Shown piece after piece: positions 9,856 to 19,526 of a DNA stretch of 64,000 nt (position 1 is the stretch's first letter; each line of letters starts with the position of its first letter). Position numbers and translations under genes: made by a program. The stretch spans positions 18,742 through 82,741 of the forward strand of contig JAJYJC010000001.1 in the NCBI GenBank assembly GCA_021796415.1, read 5' to 3'. The notes under the pieces were generated by a model, which was given only the letters and a program-made list of their open reading frames with translations, was not told the DNA's origin and ran no database searches. This DNA comes from a bacterium (GTDB taxonomy: Bacteria > Patescibacteriota > CPR2 > UBA1875 > JAJYID01).

Positions 9856-9947
9856 AACAACCACGGCGAGTAGCCTCGCCATGGCTAGTTATAATGGACA
9901 TCAAAAACCTTCAAGTGAAGAATTTTTGGTAGAAACTGGCACCATCA

Positions 9948-10385
9948 TTAAGGACCCGATATAGTGCCGATGTTATAACCACCTTGACCGTTTGTATTGC
10001 AGTTCCACGGTGCGATTGTAATTGTGTAATTGTGGTTAGTGGAACTACTTACTATATTACCTCCACCACTATTGTCTTGGGTACCACCCCCGTTTCCTGT
10101 ACACGCGCTAGTCGAGAGGTTTGTTGCTGCTATGTTTAGAGTGGTGTCGGTGGTGTTGTCGCTAATCGCCGTACCTAATATGTCAGGATAATTCTTGTTA
10201 GAAGCATAATAAGCCTCCAAAGCAGTTTGAACGGTCCTAGCATTGGACCTGTTGGCAGTTTCAGTAGCTGTGTGTCTGGCGATTGTAATAGCTCCGATGA
10301 TAAGAACCGCTAGAATAGCGATAATTGCCATAACGACAACTAACTCAATAAGGGTAAAACCTTGTTTTTCTTTTAGCTTTCTCAT
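9948..10385 (-). CDS. Type IV pilin (candidate major pilin)
   Basis: QGFTLIELVVVMAIIAILA; strong RBS AAAGGAGGTG; C-terminal Cys pair. Confidence 0.9.
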   Translation of the reverse strand: MRKLKEKQGFTLIELVVVMAIIAILAVLIIGAITIARHTATETANRSNARTVQTALEAYYASNKNYPDILGTAISDNTTDTTLNIAATNLSTSACTGNGGGTQDNSGGGNIVSSSTNHNYTITIAPWNCNTNGQGGYNIGTISGP

Positions 10386-10614
10386 ATTTCACCTCCTTTC
10401 TAATTTTCTTTTTATGTTGATATTTAACCAATATCCTTAAGGTGTGTCAATGATATTCTGTCAGCAGAATATCATCAAATTCTAATCTCTAAATGCTAAA
10501 TGCTAAACAAATCATAAATTTTTAAATTCAAATTATTTAAACACTAATTCGGGATTTATCAAGTATTGCGCCAAGTATTTTCATTGCAACTCATTTTCAA
10601 AAATCATTATCCCC

Positions 10615-11020
10615 TGTCATTCCCGCGCAGGCGGGAATCCAGTCAGTCAATGTTATCATATAAATCTTTCCATTTGGGATTAAAATCTTCTATAAGTTTC
10701 ATCTTCCATTGTCTGTTCCACTTCTTGATTTGTTTTTCTCTTTTGATAGCCTCTTCAATGCTATTTGTTTCTTTAAAGTAAACAAGATTGTGGCATTTGT
10801 ATTTTTTGGTAAAGCCTTCGATTAAATCATTTTTATGTTCATATGCTCTTTTCTTTAAATCTTTGGTAACTCCCGTGTAGAGCGTTCCGTTTCTGTCGCT
10901 GGCCATGATGTAGACATAGTAGGATTTCATTAATAATTATTTTAACTCAACTTTATACTTTATTTAAGCCTCACGGTTCTTGCTTAGCTTGACTGCATTC
11001 CCGCCTGCGCGGGAATGACA
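10615..11020. mobile_element. REP-GIY-YIG-REP unit, copy 2
   Basis: 406 bp; single G/C difference (6617 vs 10996) from copy 1; different flanks. Confidence 0.85.
10643..10930 (-). CDS. GIY-YIG endonuclease, identical protein to 6264-6551
   Basis: Identical translation. Confidence 0.92.
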   Translation of the reverse strand: MKSYYVYIMASDRNGTLYTGVTKDLKKRAYEHKNDLIEGFTKKYKCHNLVYFKETNSIEEAIKREKQIKKWNRQWKMKLIEDFNPKWKDLYDNID

Positions 11021-11133
11021 GAGAGAGGCAGTTCTTCTTTTTGGATCATATGCCTTTTTGTTTATAATTTCTGTCATTTGATATTGTTTAGTGTTTCGGA
11101 TTTCGTGCTTCGGATTTCGAATTTATTAAAGTA

Positions 11134-12342
11134 CTAGTGTTGCATGAAGATGCCGACATTGTAGATGGGCATGATGATGGAGATAATTATGCTGCCGACA
11201 ATTAGACCCATAACCACTATCATGATAGGCTCAAGCAGCGACTGAAAGCTTTTGACCCAGTTGTCTATCTCGTCGTTATAGTAGTCCGCCAAGTTTGAAA
11301 GCATAGAGTCAATCTCACCGGTGTTTTCGCCGACGCCGATCATCTGCGACACCATGACGGGAAATATGGGATTTTCCTTGATAGCTTGCGACAAACTGCC
11401 CCCTTGTTTTACCTTGCCCCTGGTTTCTCTAATGGCATTTTCATAATGGATGTTTGGCATGGTATCCCCGACGATTTTTAATGCTTCAAGAATGGGCACT
11501 CCGGAGGATATAAGGCTCGACATAGTGCGCGAAAACATCGCCATATAGGACATTTGCAGGAAGTTGCCGAGCAATGGTATGCGGAGCTTCAAGCTGTGCC
11601 AGATGTATCTGCCCGAGTCAGTTTTCACATACATTCTAAGGGCAAAGAAAATAGCCACAACCATCAAAATGACCAGATAATAATAGTGGGCCATCACATT
11701 GCTAAAACCCATAAGTATTTGGGTGGGCAAGGGGAGCTGAGCGTTGCCGAAGCTTGAGTAGAGTGTCTGCATCTGAGGCAAAACGAATATCATCATGAGG
11801 GCGACCACACCGATAACGACACAGAGGAGGAATGACGGATATATAAAGACGGTTTTAATCTTTTTGGCTGTTTTATAGCTTTTTTCAGCTTGGGATGCCA
11901 TATATTCTAAAACCTCATCAATTTTACCGCTTGCCTCGCCGGCCGCAATCATAGAAAGATCAGTTTTGGTAAAGACATCCGGAAATCTCGAAAATGTTGT
12001 TGCCAAGCTATCACCGGCCTCCACATCGCGGATCATTTGCTCTACCATTTTTTTAATCTGATCAGAATGAGTCTGTTCAAGCAATGTGGATAGTGATTGA
12101 GATATTGGAAGGCCGGCATTTGCCATGGTTGCCAGCTGTCGAATAAAGAAAACTTTGTCTTTGACCTTCACCTTATTTAAAAAAGGAATAGCAAATTTTT
12201 CGTGTTTTTCTTCCTTGATTCTGACGGGATATAGCTTCTTGGCAGTAAGCAAAGTTGAAGCTGAACTTTCGGTTTCCGCCTCAACAGTTCCCGTTACCAG
12301 CTCGCCTTGATTATTTCTGGCTTTATATGTAAATTCGCGCAT
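11134..12342 (-). CDS. pilC: Type IV pilus platform protein PilC
   Basis: FIRQLATM..AGLP, AGEASGK, VGENTG, LLEP; start at MREFTYKA (upstream extension is REP-derived). Confidence 0.92.
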   Translation of the reverse strand: MREFTYKARNNQGELVTGTVEAETESSASTLLTAKKLYPVRIKEEKHEKFAIPFLNKVKVKDKVFFIRQLATMANAGLPISQSLSTLLEQTHSDQIKKMVEQMIRDVEAGDSLATTFSRFPDVFTKTDLSMIAAGEASGKIDEVLEYMASQAEKSYKTAKKIKTVFIYPSFLLCVVIGVVALMMIFVLPQMQTLYSSFGNAQLPLPTQILMGFSNVMAHYYYLVILMVVAIFFALRMYVKTDSGRYIWHSLKLRIPLLGNFLQMSYMAMFSRTMSSLISSGVPILEALKIVGDTMPNIHYENAIRETRGKVKQGGSLSQAIKENPIFPVMVSQMIGVGENTGEIDSMLSNLADYYNDEIDNWVKSFQSLLEPIMIVVMGLIVGSIIISIIMPIYNVGIFMQH

Positions 12343-12354
12343 GATTCCTTTTTT

Positions 12355-12442
12355 GTCATTCCGGACTTGATCCGGAATCAAGTTTTATTTATATGGATCC
12401 TGAATCCCCGCCTGCCGGACGGGCAGGAAGTTCAGGATAACA
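12355..12442. repeat. REP doublet (TCCGGACTTGATCCGGA family) with 21-bp insert
   Basis: GTCATTCCGGACTTGATCCGGAATC ... GGATCCTGAATC[CCCGCCTGCCGGACGGGCAGG]AAGTTCAGGATAAC. Confidence 0.88.
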
Positions 12443-12452
12443 ATGGAAAAAA

Positions 12453-13529
12453 TTACCCGTGAAGCAATCTTTCAAGCTCCTTCTGGTCGATTGCATAACC
12501 CTTGGCTTCATCAAGGGTAATTCTGCCTGTCTTTATCAAGTTCGCAAGCGTTCTGTCCATAGCCTGCATGCCTTCTGAGGCACCGGTTTGTATTACCGCC
12601 TCGAGCTGATGTGTTTTTTGCTCGCGAATAATGTTTCGTACCGCGGGAGTCACTACTAAAATCTCAGCGGCAGCTACTCTTCCGCCACCAATGGAAGGTA
12701 TAAGCCTTTGGGAAACGATTCCCTGCAAGATATTTGAAAGCTGTACCCTTATCTGCTGCTGCTGATGCGGCGGAAAAACATCAATAATTCTGTCAACTGA
12801 TTGGGCGGCGTTGTTGGTATGCAAAGTAGCAAAAACCAAATGTCCGGTTTCAGCTATGGTAATGGCGGCTGCAATAGTCTCGAGATCGCGCATTTCACCG
12901 ATCAGAACGACATCAGGGTCTTCCCTCAAAACACTGCGAAGGGCGGCTGCAAATGATCTGGTATCATAGTGCACCTCGCGCTGCTCGATTATTGATTTAT
13001 TATGATTATGCGTGTATTCAATCGGGTCTTCAACGGTAATGATGTGGCAGGCTCTTTCTTTATTAATCTTATCAACCATTGCCGCCAGCGTTGTGGACTT
13101 GCCTGATCCGGTCGGCCCGGTTACAAGTACTAAACCTCTCGGATATTCCGTGAACTTTTCAAGGACTTTAGGCATACCCAGTTGCGCCAAACTTCGGATA
13201 TTTACCGGGATAAGCCGGAGAGCTAAACCGACATTGCCTTTTTGGTGGTAAGCATTCGCTCTAAACCTTGCTAAGTCACCATAAGTAAAGGAAAAGTCAA
13301 CCTCTTTGTCACGCTCCAAAATATCTTTTTGGACATCATCTAAGATTGAATATGTGAGAGCCTGTACATCGGTATCTGTTAGACCACTCACCCCGGCTAT
13401 AGGCCTTAACGCACCGTCAATTCGAAGCATGGGAGGCACGCCAACCGTCAGATGAAGATCGCTTGCATCATGCTTAATGACTTCTTCAAGAAAATTCTCA
13501 ATTTTTAATTTTGTGGTCTGCTCAGGCAC
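12453..13529 (-). CDS. pilT: Pilus retraction ATPase PilT
   Basis: GPTGSGKSTT, EDPIE, LREDPDV, AETGHLV, AVRNIIRE. Confidence 0.95.
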   Translation of the reverse strand: MPEQTTKLKIENFLEEVIKHDASDLHLTVGVPPMLRIDGALRPIAGVSGLTDTDVQALTYSILDDVQKDILERDKEVDFSFTYGDLARFRANAYHQKGNVGLALRLIPVNIRSLAQLGMPKVLEKFTEYPRGLVLVTGPTGSGKSTTLAAMVDKINKERACHIITVEDPIEYTHNHNKSIIEQREVHYDTRSFAAALRSVLREDPDVVLIGEMRDLETIAAAITIAETGHLVFATLHTNNAAQSVDRIIDVFPPHQQQQIRVQLSNILQGIVSQRLIPSIGGGRVAAAEILVVTPAVRNIIREQKTHQLEAVIQTGASEGMQAMDRTLANLIKTGRITLDEAKGYAIDQKELERLLHG

Positions 13530-13585
13530 GCACCCTCCTATTTATTAATATTCTAATGTTTTTTTAAAAATTTGCAAAGGCATAA

Positions 13586-15367
13586 TCATTCCTCAGAAGT
13601 GGTTCTTACAACTTCCTCGACGGTAGTGATACCGGCCAGCGCCTTTAAAAAGCCGTCTTGCTGCATGGTAACCATACCTTCTTTTACTGCCTGATCTTGG
13701 ATATCACTAGCTGAAGACTGGGACGTTATCAGATCCTCTATCGTTGGGCTGACATTAAATATCTCGTATACCCCAATTCTTCCCCAAAACCCTGTATTCT
13801 TGCAGGATTCACAGCCTTTCCCTTTGTAAAGCTTAAAGGTTTCATCTTCGACAAAAGGCAATTTATCAAAACCAAGCTCCGTGGTCTTTTCCTTGGGATC
13901 ATTCTTTGAGGGCAGAACCCCTTTCAATGAAGCTTTAATGGCTTTGGTCAGTGCGAGAGTTGCCCTGTATTCTACCTTGCAGTTTTCACAAATTCTTCTC
14001 ACCAGCCTTTGCGCCACTATTGTATTAACCGTAGATGCGATAAGAAACGGCTCAATGTCCATGTCAATCAATCGCGGCAAAGCGCTTGCGGCTGAGTTTG
14101 TATGCAATGTGGAAAGGACAGTATGGCCGGTCAAAGCTGACTGAACGGCAAGATCAGCCGTCTCTTTGTCGCGAATCTCTCCAACCATTATGACGTCCGG
14201 GTCCTGGCGGAGCATTGACCGAAGACCTGATGCAAATGTAAGCCCGACGCCATTATTTACCTGGATCTGGTTTATGCCCGGCACATTATATTCAACAGGG
14301 TCTTCGATGGTTATAATGTTGACACTCGGAGTATTTAGCTTGGACAAAATAGCGTAAAGTGATGTTGATTTACCCGAACCAGTCGGTCCAGTCGACAGAG
14401 TCATGCCATGAGGTTTCTTGAAGCTTTCCTCAATAATCCTGTAAGCTCTTCCCTTGATGCCTAAGTTTTCTAAGGTAATCATACCGTTTGTCTTATCAAG
14501 AAGCCTGATGACTACCTTCTCTCCATATACTATTGGCGTAATCGAAATACGAAGGTCAATTTCGCGGCCTTCCATATTTAGCTGAAATCTGCCATCCTGA
14601 GGTACCCGATGTTCGTCAATTTTCAGATTAGATAGAATCTTAATTCTGGAAACTAAGGCCGGATGAATATGTTTCGGGAGGGCCATGGTGTTATAAAGCA
14701 AGCCATCAATCCTATAACGAACTTTGATATCCTTGTCTCTCGGTTCAATGTGGATGTCCGAAGCACGAGACTTAGCAGCATATTCCAAAATTGTATTTAA
14801 TGCCCTCGTAATAGGCGCGTCTTGCGTAATCGTTGCGGCATTATTCTCTTTTTCTTTTTTCTTCTCATTTTCCTGCAGGCTGGACTCCGGCTGTTTCTGT
14901 ATATCACCTATAACCGTTTCGACCTCAAATGAATAATCGTCATACTGCCCCAACAGTTTTGAGATGCTTTCTGCTGAAGCTAAATATGGCTTTACTTTTA
15001 GTCCCGTCTTTTTTTCTATAAACTCAATAGACTGAATGTCATTTGGGTTTAACATTGCTACATTTAAAAATTCCCCAACTTTTCCAAAAGGTATAATCTT
15101 GTATTTTTCAGCGACTTTTTTAGAAATAATATCAAGGATCTGTTTGTCAATCCTTTTTGCCTTTAAATCCACATAAGGAAGACCGGAACTGACCGCTACT
15201 ACTTTGGTTAGCTCTTCATTAGATATTCCAGGCATATCACGCAAAATATTCTCGACAGATTTTCCGGTTTCTGCACTCTGTACTTTAATGAGATCAAGCT
15301 GTTTTTGGCTTATGAGACCGAGCTTAACCAGAAGATCTACCAGCTTTTTTTCATCTCTGACAGCCAT
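13586..15367 (-). CDS. pilB: Pilus assembly ATPase PilB/GspE
   Basis: ASDIHIEP, PQDGR, GPTGSGKS, RQDPD, tetracysteine motif. Confidence 0.95.
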   Translation of the reverse strand: MAVRDEKKLVDLLVKLGLISQKQLDLIKVQSAETGKSVENILRDMPGISNEELTKVVAVSSGLPYVDLKAKRIDKQILDIISKKVAEKYKIIPFGKVGEFLNVAMLNPNDIQSIEFIEKKTGLKVKPYLASAESISKLLGQYDDYSFEVETVIGDIQKQPESSLQENEKKKEKENNAATITQDAPITRALNTILEYAAKSRASDIHIEPRDKDIKVRYRIDGLLYNTMALPKHIHPALVSRIKILSNLKIDEHRVPQDGRFQLNMEGREIDLRISITPIVYGEKVVIRLLDKTNGMITLENLGIKGRAYRIIEESFKKPHGMTLSTGPTGSGKSTSLYAILSKLNTPSVNIITIEDPVEYNVPGINQIQVNNGVGLTFASGLRSMLRQDPDVIMVGEIRDKETADLAVQSALTGHTVLSTLHTNSAASALPRLIDMDIEPFLIASTVNTIVAQRLVRRICENCKVEYRATLALTKAIKASLKGVLPSKNDPKEKTTELGFDKLPFVEDETFKLYKGKGCESCKNTGFWGRIGVYEIFNVSPTIEDLITSQSSASDIQDQAVKEGMVTMQQDGFLKALAGITTVEEVVRTTSEE

Positions 15368-15369
15368 GA

Positions 15370-15615
15370 TTAAAATCCAGCAAAGGGGTTATCCCTGCCT
15401 ATACCATCCATGGGCACACTTCCATAATCCTTTCTTTCCTGCAGCTTTTGGATAGCAGTATTATCAATATTGGAGTTAAACTCTGTAGTTTGGGTGGTGC
15501 TGCCGGCAGTTTTTACTTGTCCGCCATTACCGCCAACCCCCCCCATAATGAAATAAATACATGCCGCAATAACAATAATACAAACAGCTAGCACTATGAT
15601 GTCCTTTTTCTTCAT
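15370..15615 (-). CDS. Small membrane-anchored pilus protein (PilP-like position)
   Basis: N-terminal TM; C-terminal GRDNPF. Confidence 0.65.
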   Translation of the reverse strand: MKKKDIIVLAVCIIVIAACIYFIMGGVGGNGGQVKTAGSTTQTTEFNSNIDNTAIQKLQERKDYGSVPMDGIGRDNPFAGF

Positions 15616-16268
15616 TGCTTAGATCCTCCTGTTTGCCCGGATTGTCTGTAATACGCTTTGTAGTTCAAGCTAACTTTAAAGCTGTCCCCTTGTGATGTAT
15701 CCACTTGGAAGCTATTTAAATAAACAAATCTGTGGGCATTTTCGGAAATTGACAGGAAATTTTTAAAGTCATTATAACTCGGGAATGTCACATCATAACT
15801 ATAATCAGAAGATGTAAGATTGATTCCGGAAGATCCGGTTGCTGACTCTCCGGAGACGGCTGCTGAAGATTGAGCTCCAGAAGCAGTTGTTGCAGCGGGC
15901 GCAGAGCTAGCGCTTGAGTTTGCTGAGGCTTCCTTGATCCCGGTAGTGCTTCCGTTGGCCGCAGCTATCATTCCGTCAATTTGCACAAATAAACCGCCGA
16001 CATCTTTCTGGTCCGGGATGGCACCATTTACCACGTTTTCCTGGTCTTTTAAGTCTGATTCTTTATCTTTTAAGACCCTGAGTTTGTCTAGTTTGTCCTT
16101 CAAAAGTGAGAGTTCTTGTTTGTTTGTCTTTAAATCCTGCCCGCTTTTCCCGATACCCTTAAAAAGAGGGACCATAATAAATAATATTAAGATAAACATT
16201 GCAATAAGCGTTATGACAACCACGCCCAACGTCCAATAATATTTTTCAAATTTTTTGTTTCCTACCAT
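15612..16268 (-). CDS. pilO: PilO-like protein
   Basis: TM + coiled coil; position after pilM-pilN. Confidence 0.7.
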   Translation of the reverse strand: MVGNKKFEKYYWTLGVVVITLIAMFILILFIMVPLFKGIGKSGQDLKTNKQELSLLKDKLDKLRVLKDKESDLKDQENVVNGAIPDQKDVGGLFVQIDGMIAAANGSTTGIKEASANSSASSAPAATTASGAQSSAAVSGESATGSSGINLTSSDYSYDVTFPSYNDFKNFLSISENAHRFVYLNSFQVDTSQGDSFKVSLNYKAYYRQSGQTGGSKQ

Positions 16269-16837
16269 AAGACACCTTGCTTAAGATCAAAGGAAATGTC
16301 GAACTTTACATTTCCATTTGTACCTTGGTCATATCCGGTAACAACAACGTTATTAAAAAGTTTTTGATTCTGATTATTCCCGCTTTGCTGATAATTATAA
16401 TCATCTAAAGCTTTGATTGCCCTGGCAATAGAAACTACATTCTTGCCAACTGCACTGGCTTTGAATGTATTGCCATTTTGCGAAAACTGCGTATATTGAA
16501 TGTCGTTTGGCGTCACCTTTTCAAGCTGGGGCAAGAAAAGCGACCATTTAGGTTCTTGTGCCTGAACCTGATTGATAGCCGCGAGTCCCTGGTTGATATC
16601 ATCCACAATTCTCTCAATATCGGCGTAATTTTTCAGCTCATCATTTGTGCTCGCAATATCCTGTTTAGTCCTTGATAAATTATAATCTAAAGCCCACTTG
16701 TAGCCTTGCAATACTAGCAAGGCAAGGATTGTGATTGCTAAAATAGCCATAGCCGCAATAGTAACAAAAAAGTTTCGGCGCTTAGTTTTGATCTTTTCTT
16801 GTTTTACATCGGGCATTAGATTTATTTTTGACATCAT
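16262..16837 (-). CDS. pilN: PilN-like protein
   Basis: INLMP N-terminal motif, TM. Confidence 0.8.
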   Translation of the reverse strand: MMSKINLMPDVKQEKIKTKRRNFFVTIAAMAILAITILALLVLQGYKWALDYNLSRTKQDIASTNDELKNYADIERIVDDINQGLAAINQVQAQEPKWSLFLPQLEKVTPNDIQYTQFSQNGNTFKASAVGKNVVSIARAIKALDDYNYQQSGNNQNQKLFNNVVVTGYDQGTNGNVKFDISFDLKQGVLW

Positions 16838-17874
16838 AGCCCCCTCATGGCCAGCCCGACAGCCACTGCATAATCGGCGGCATTTTGGTTTAGCTGATTT
16901 GTGATATCCGGCTTATGAACCACTGAAGCCCAGGGATTACCGTAAACAACATTTATTCCCAGATTGTCCGACAGAAAATCTTGCATACCCAAGAGCTTAG
17001 AGCAGCCGCCAGTCATTTTAAGCAAGGTTATATTTTGGCTGTATTGATCCTGATAATATTTAGTTGAGCGTTCTATCTCTTCGGTGAGATTATTTAAAAT
17101 AGACCTAGCTGCCTTAAATATTTTCCCTTCCATCTTGTCTTTATCAATGCCAAACTTGGTTTTGAACTGTTCTGCTTGAGTAGTTTCCATACCAAGATTT
17201 TGCGCTATCGCCCTGGTTATCACTTGCCCTCCCACGGGAACAGTTCTCGTAAGAGTCAAGACACCATTTTGCACCACGCTTAGCTCTGTCATAAAGGTGC
17301 CGATATCAACTATCATATAGAGCGGTTCATTGGTATGCAATGCCCTGGCGACGGCTATTGCATTTATTTCGATCGCATCAAGGTCTAAACCGGCCTCCTC
17401 TACCACATTAGCCATTTTCTGGGTTTTTTGGATAGGGGCAGCAATAATCATAACGGATATTTCCCCTGTATCCGGAGATTGTCCGATTACCTGCCAATCA
17501 ATCTTTATCTCTGAAATTTTCAGGGGAACATTTTGTTCCGCTTGATAGCTGATGGCCTTTTTCACTTCAGCCATTGGCATTTTGGGTATTTTAACCACTG
17601 TAGTAAATATAGATCCGCCGGGCAACGAGACTATGACATTTTTTGTCACTAAATGCATTGAATGCACTAATTCCTTTACTATTCCGCCCAGCCTCTTCAC
17701 ATCAACGGCGCTGTCACTCTGGGCTAATCCTTCAGGAATTGGAGCACTGCCAAAGGATATCAGCTCAAACTTACCGAAAGATTTTTTCAGCTGAACGATT
17801 TTTACCGCGCTTGTTCCTATATCAATCCCAAAATAGTTGGTATTTTCTTTTAAAATATTGAGGCCAGGTAACAT
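16834..17874 (-). CDS. pilM: Pilus assembly protein PilM
   Basis: FGIDIGTSAVK, VDIG, TGG..L, AVAVGLAMR. Confidence 0.92.
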   Translation of the reverse strand: MLPGLNILKENTNYFGIDIGTSAVKIVQLKKSFGKFELISFGSAPIPEGLAQSDSAVDVKRLGGIVKELVHSMHLVTKNVIVSLPGGSIFTTVVKIPKMPMAEVKKAISYQAEQNVPLKISEIKIDWQVIGQSPDTGEISVMIIAAPIQKTQKMANVVEEAGLDLDAIEINAIAVARALHTNEPLYMIVDIGTFMTELSVVQNGVLTLTRTVPVGGQVITRAIAQNLGMETTQAEQFKTKFGIDKDKMEGKIFKAARSILNNLTEEIERSTKYYQDQYSQNITLLKMTGGCSKLLGMQDFLSDNLGINVVYGNPWASVVHKPDITNQLNQNAADYAVAVGLAMRGL

Positions 17875-18057
17875 TTACCCTCCAAAAGTAATAAGTTGTT
17901 ATCCTTGTAAACCATTAAACAGCAAAAGAGGAATAAGAGTCAAGGAGAAATTCGCTAATCGCTCATAATTTCCAATTCCCAATTTCTAATTTCCAATCAA
18001 AAGCCCAATGATTAAATGCCAAAATAAGAAATCGTACAAGACCACCTTACAAGATAT

Positions 18058-18135
18058 GTCATTCTGGCTTGTCCAGAATCAATTTTTAAGATTTAAGGAA
18101 AAGGATTCCGGCCTCCTAGATGTCGCCAGAATGAC
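18058..18135. repeat. REP doublet (TCTGGCTTGNCCAGA family)
   Basis: GTCATTCTGGCTTGTCCAGAATC ... GGATTCCGGC..GCCAGAATGAC. Confidence 0.8.
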
Positions 18136-18275
18136 GAGTTTAGATACTTTTTCAACGGTCTCGAATTTTGAGTGGTAGAATATGGAATTTATCTTGACGA
18201 TCTGCCAACTCGCCGAATTCAATATTCCAAATTCTCATTCTATTATTCAACTATTCTAGATTCAAAATTATAATT

Positions 18276-19526
18276 CTAGTGCGGCGGCACCGGCTGCGAT
18301 GATCCGGACTTATTGGGTTCTACTGTTACTTTCACCCCGCCACTAGGGCATGTTTCACTTAATTTTCCGGAACTGTCCTTTGCTTTATACGTTACAGCTA
18401 AATCATAATTAGTGGTTAGCGAAGGCACAGTCTGAAGGCTGCCTCCTGAAACAGTAACGCCATTTATGCTGGCGAGGGCACCTGAACTTGGATGCTGTTC
18501 AATATTAATAGTAGAGACATCGCTGCCGCCGCCCCAACTGAGAGTTACCGGCGTGCCCTGCAGTACCGTGGCGCTATCGCCACCATTTACATGAAGATAG
18601 GGACAAGAGTTAGTAGGAGCGGCTGGTTGTGGTGCAGAACAGTTCGGGCTCGTCATGGGTGATCCAATAAGCAATGCATTGGGATCATTTCCGGATACAT
18701 CGATGCCGTAAGCATAAAACGAATGTACGCCGCTTAAGTTGATAAAGGTATAATCAAATCCATAAGGGCCGACGTCTTGACGGCTCACATTGGCTTTGCC
18801 GATATCGTACCCTTGAGTGGTGCCGTCGACATAGACATGGACATCAGTTTGCGCAGCCAGATTTGTATAATCAGGGTCCATACTCCAACCCTTAACCTCT
18901 ATACCACCGCCCGTAGCGCATGTTACACTGTCAAGGTAGCCCTGTGGCTGCTTTTTAATCAGATGAAATGTATGTATAACATAACCAGTATTAGTAACGG
19001 TTGTATCCCAGGTTGTGCCGTCTGTAGCTATATAATCGCTGGGGACGGTAATGGTCACCCTTATAGTATTACCAGAGGATGGAACAATGCCAGGATTGCC
19101 TGGATTGCAAGCGCATGATGCGCCATCGCCCCATAAGAGTTGTCCCGGTGAAACGCCCCAAAAACCGGTCTGTCCCGGAGCATTTTGATAATTCGTGTTA
19201 TTACTTTGGGTGCCTTGATAGGCATGGCCATTATCACCCGTGCTGCCATACCAAGTGGTATCGGGCTTCGCATCAGGAGGGTTTGACGAAGGACCATCAT
19301 AGAAAATTACCCCATTGTTGCAAGACACGCTGCCATATCCAAGGTACGTGTAACTGCCGCTTACAAGGCTGTCTATCCTAACCGGCACACCATTAATAGG
19401 ATTACCACCCGTATCCTGAACGTTAACCCAAACACCGCCCAGATTATCAGCTTTTGCCACTTGCGGCGCAAGCGAGAATATCCATAAAACCACGGGCGTT
19501 AATAAGAGGAAAATCAGCTTTTTCAT
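18276..19526 (-). CDS. Secreted Gly/Thr/Cys-rich surface protein
   Basis: Signal peptide (VAKA-D); PQGYLD..C..GW..DPD module. Confidence 0.7.
   Translation of the reverse strand: MKKLIFLLLTPVVLWIFSLAPQVAKADNLGGVWVNVQDTGGNPINGVPVRIDSLVSGSYTYLGYGSVSCNNGVIFYDGPSSNPPDAKPDTTWYGSTGDNGHAYQGTQSNNTNYQNAPGQTGFWGVSPGQLLWGDGASCACNPGNPGIVPSSGNTIRVTITVPSDYIATDGTTWDTTVTNTGYVIHTFHLIKKQPQGYLDSVTCATGGGIEVKGWSMDPDYTNLAAQTDVHVYVDGTTQGYDIGKANVSRQDVGPYGFDYTFINLSGVHSFYAYGIDVSGNDPNALLIGSPMTSPNCSAPQPAAPTNSCPYLHVNGGDSATVLQGTPVTLSWGGGSDVSTINIEQHPSSGALASINGVTVSGGSLQTVPSLTTNYDLAVTYKAKDSSGKLSETCPSGGVKVTVEPNKSGSSQPVPPH

Larger units (their letters stand above)
10537..11077 (-). pseudogene. Four-helix-bundle gene remnant interrupted by GIY-YIG unit
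   Basis: N-term MTEIINKKAYD (ATG 11077) and C-term MKILGAILDKSRISV* (10584-10537) flank the unit; inverted heptamer arrays outside. Confidence 0.5.

Noticed and set aside
12343-12381. N-terminal extensions of PilC, RecX, PNPase, RpsO and TrpRS in the ORF track
   Set aside because: Derived from REPs or leaders; better starts with RBS or -10 context lie downstream.
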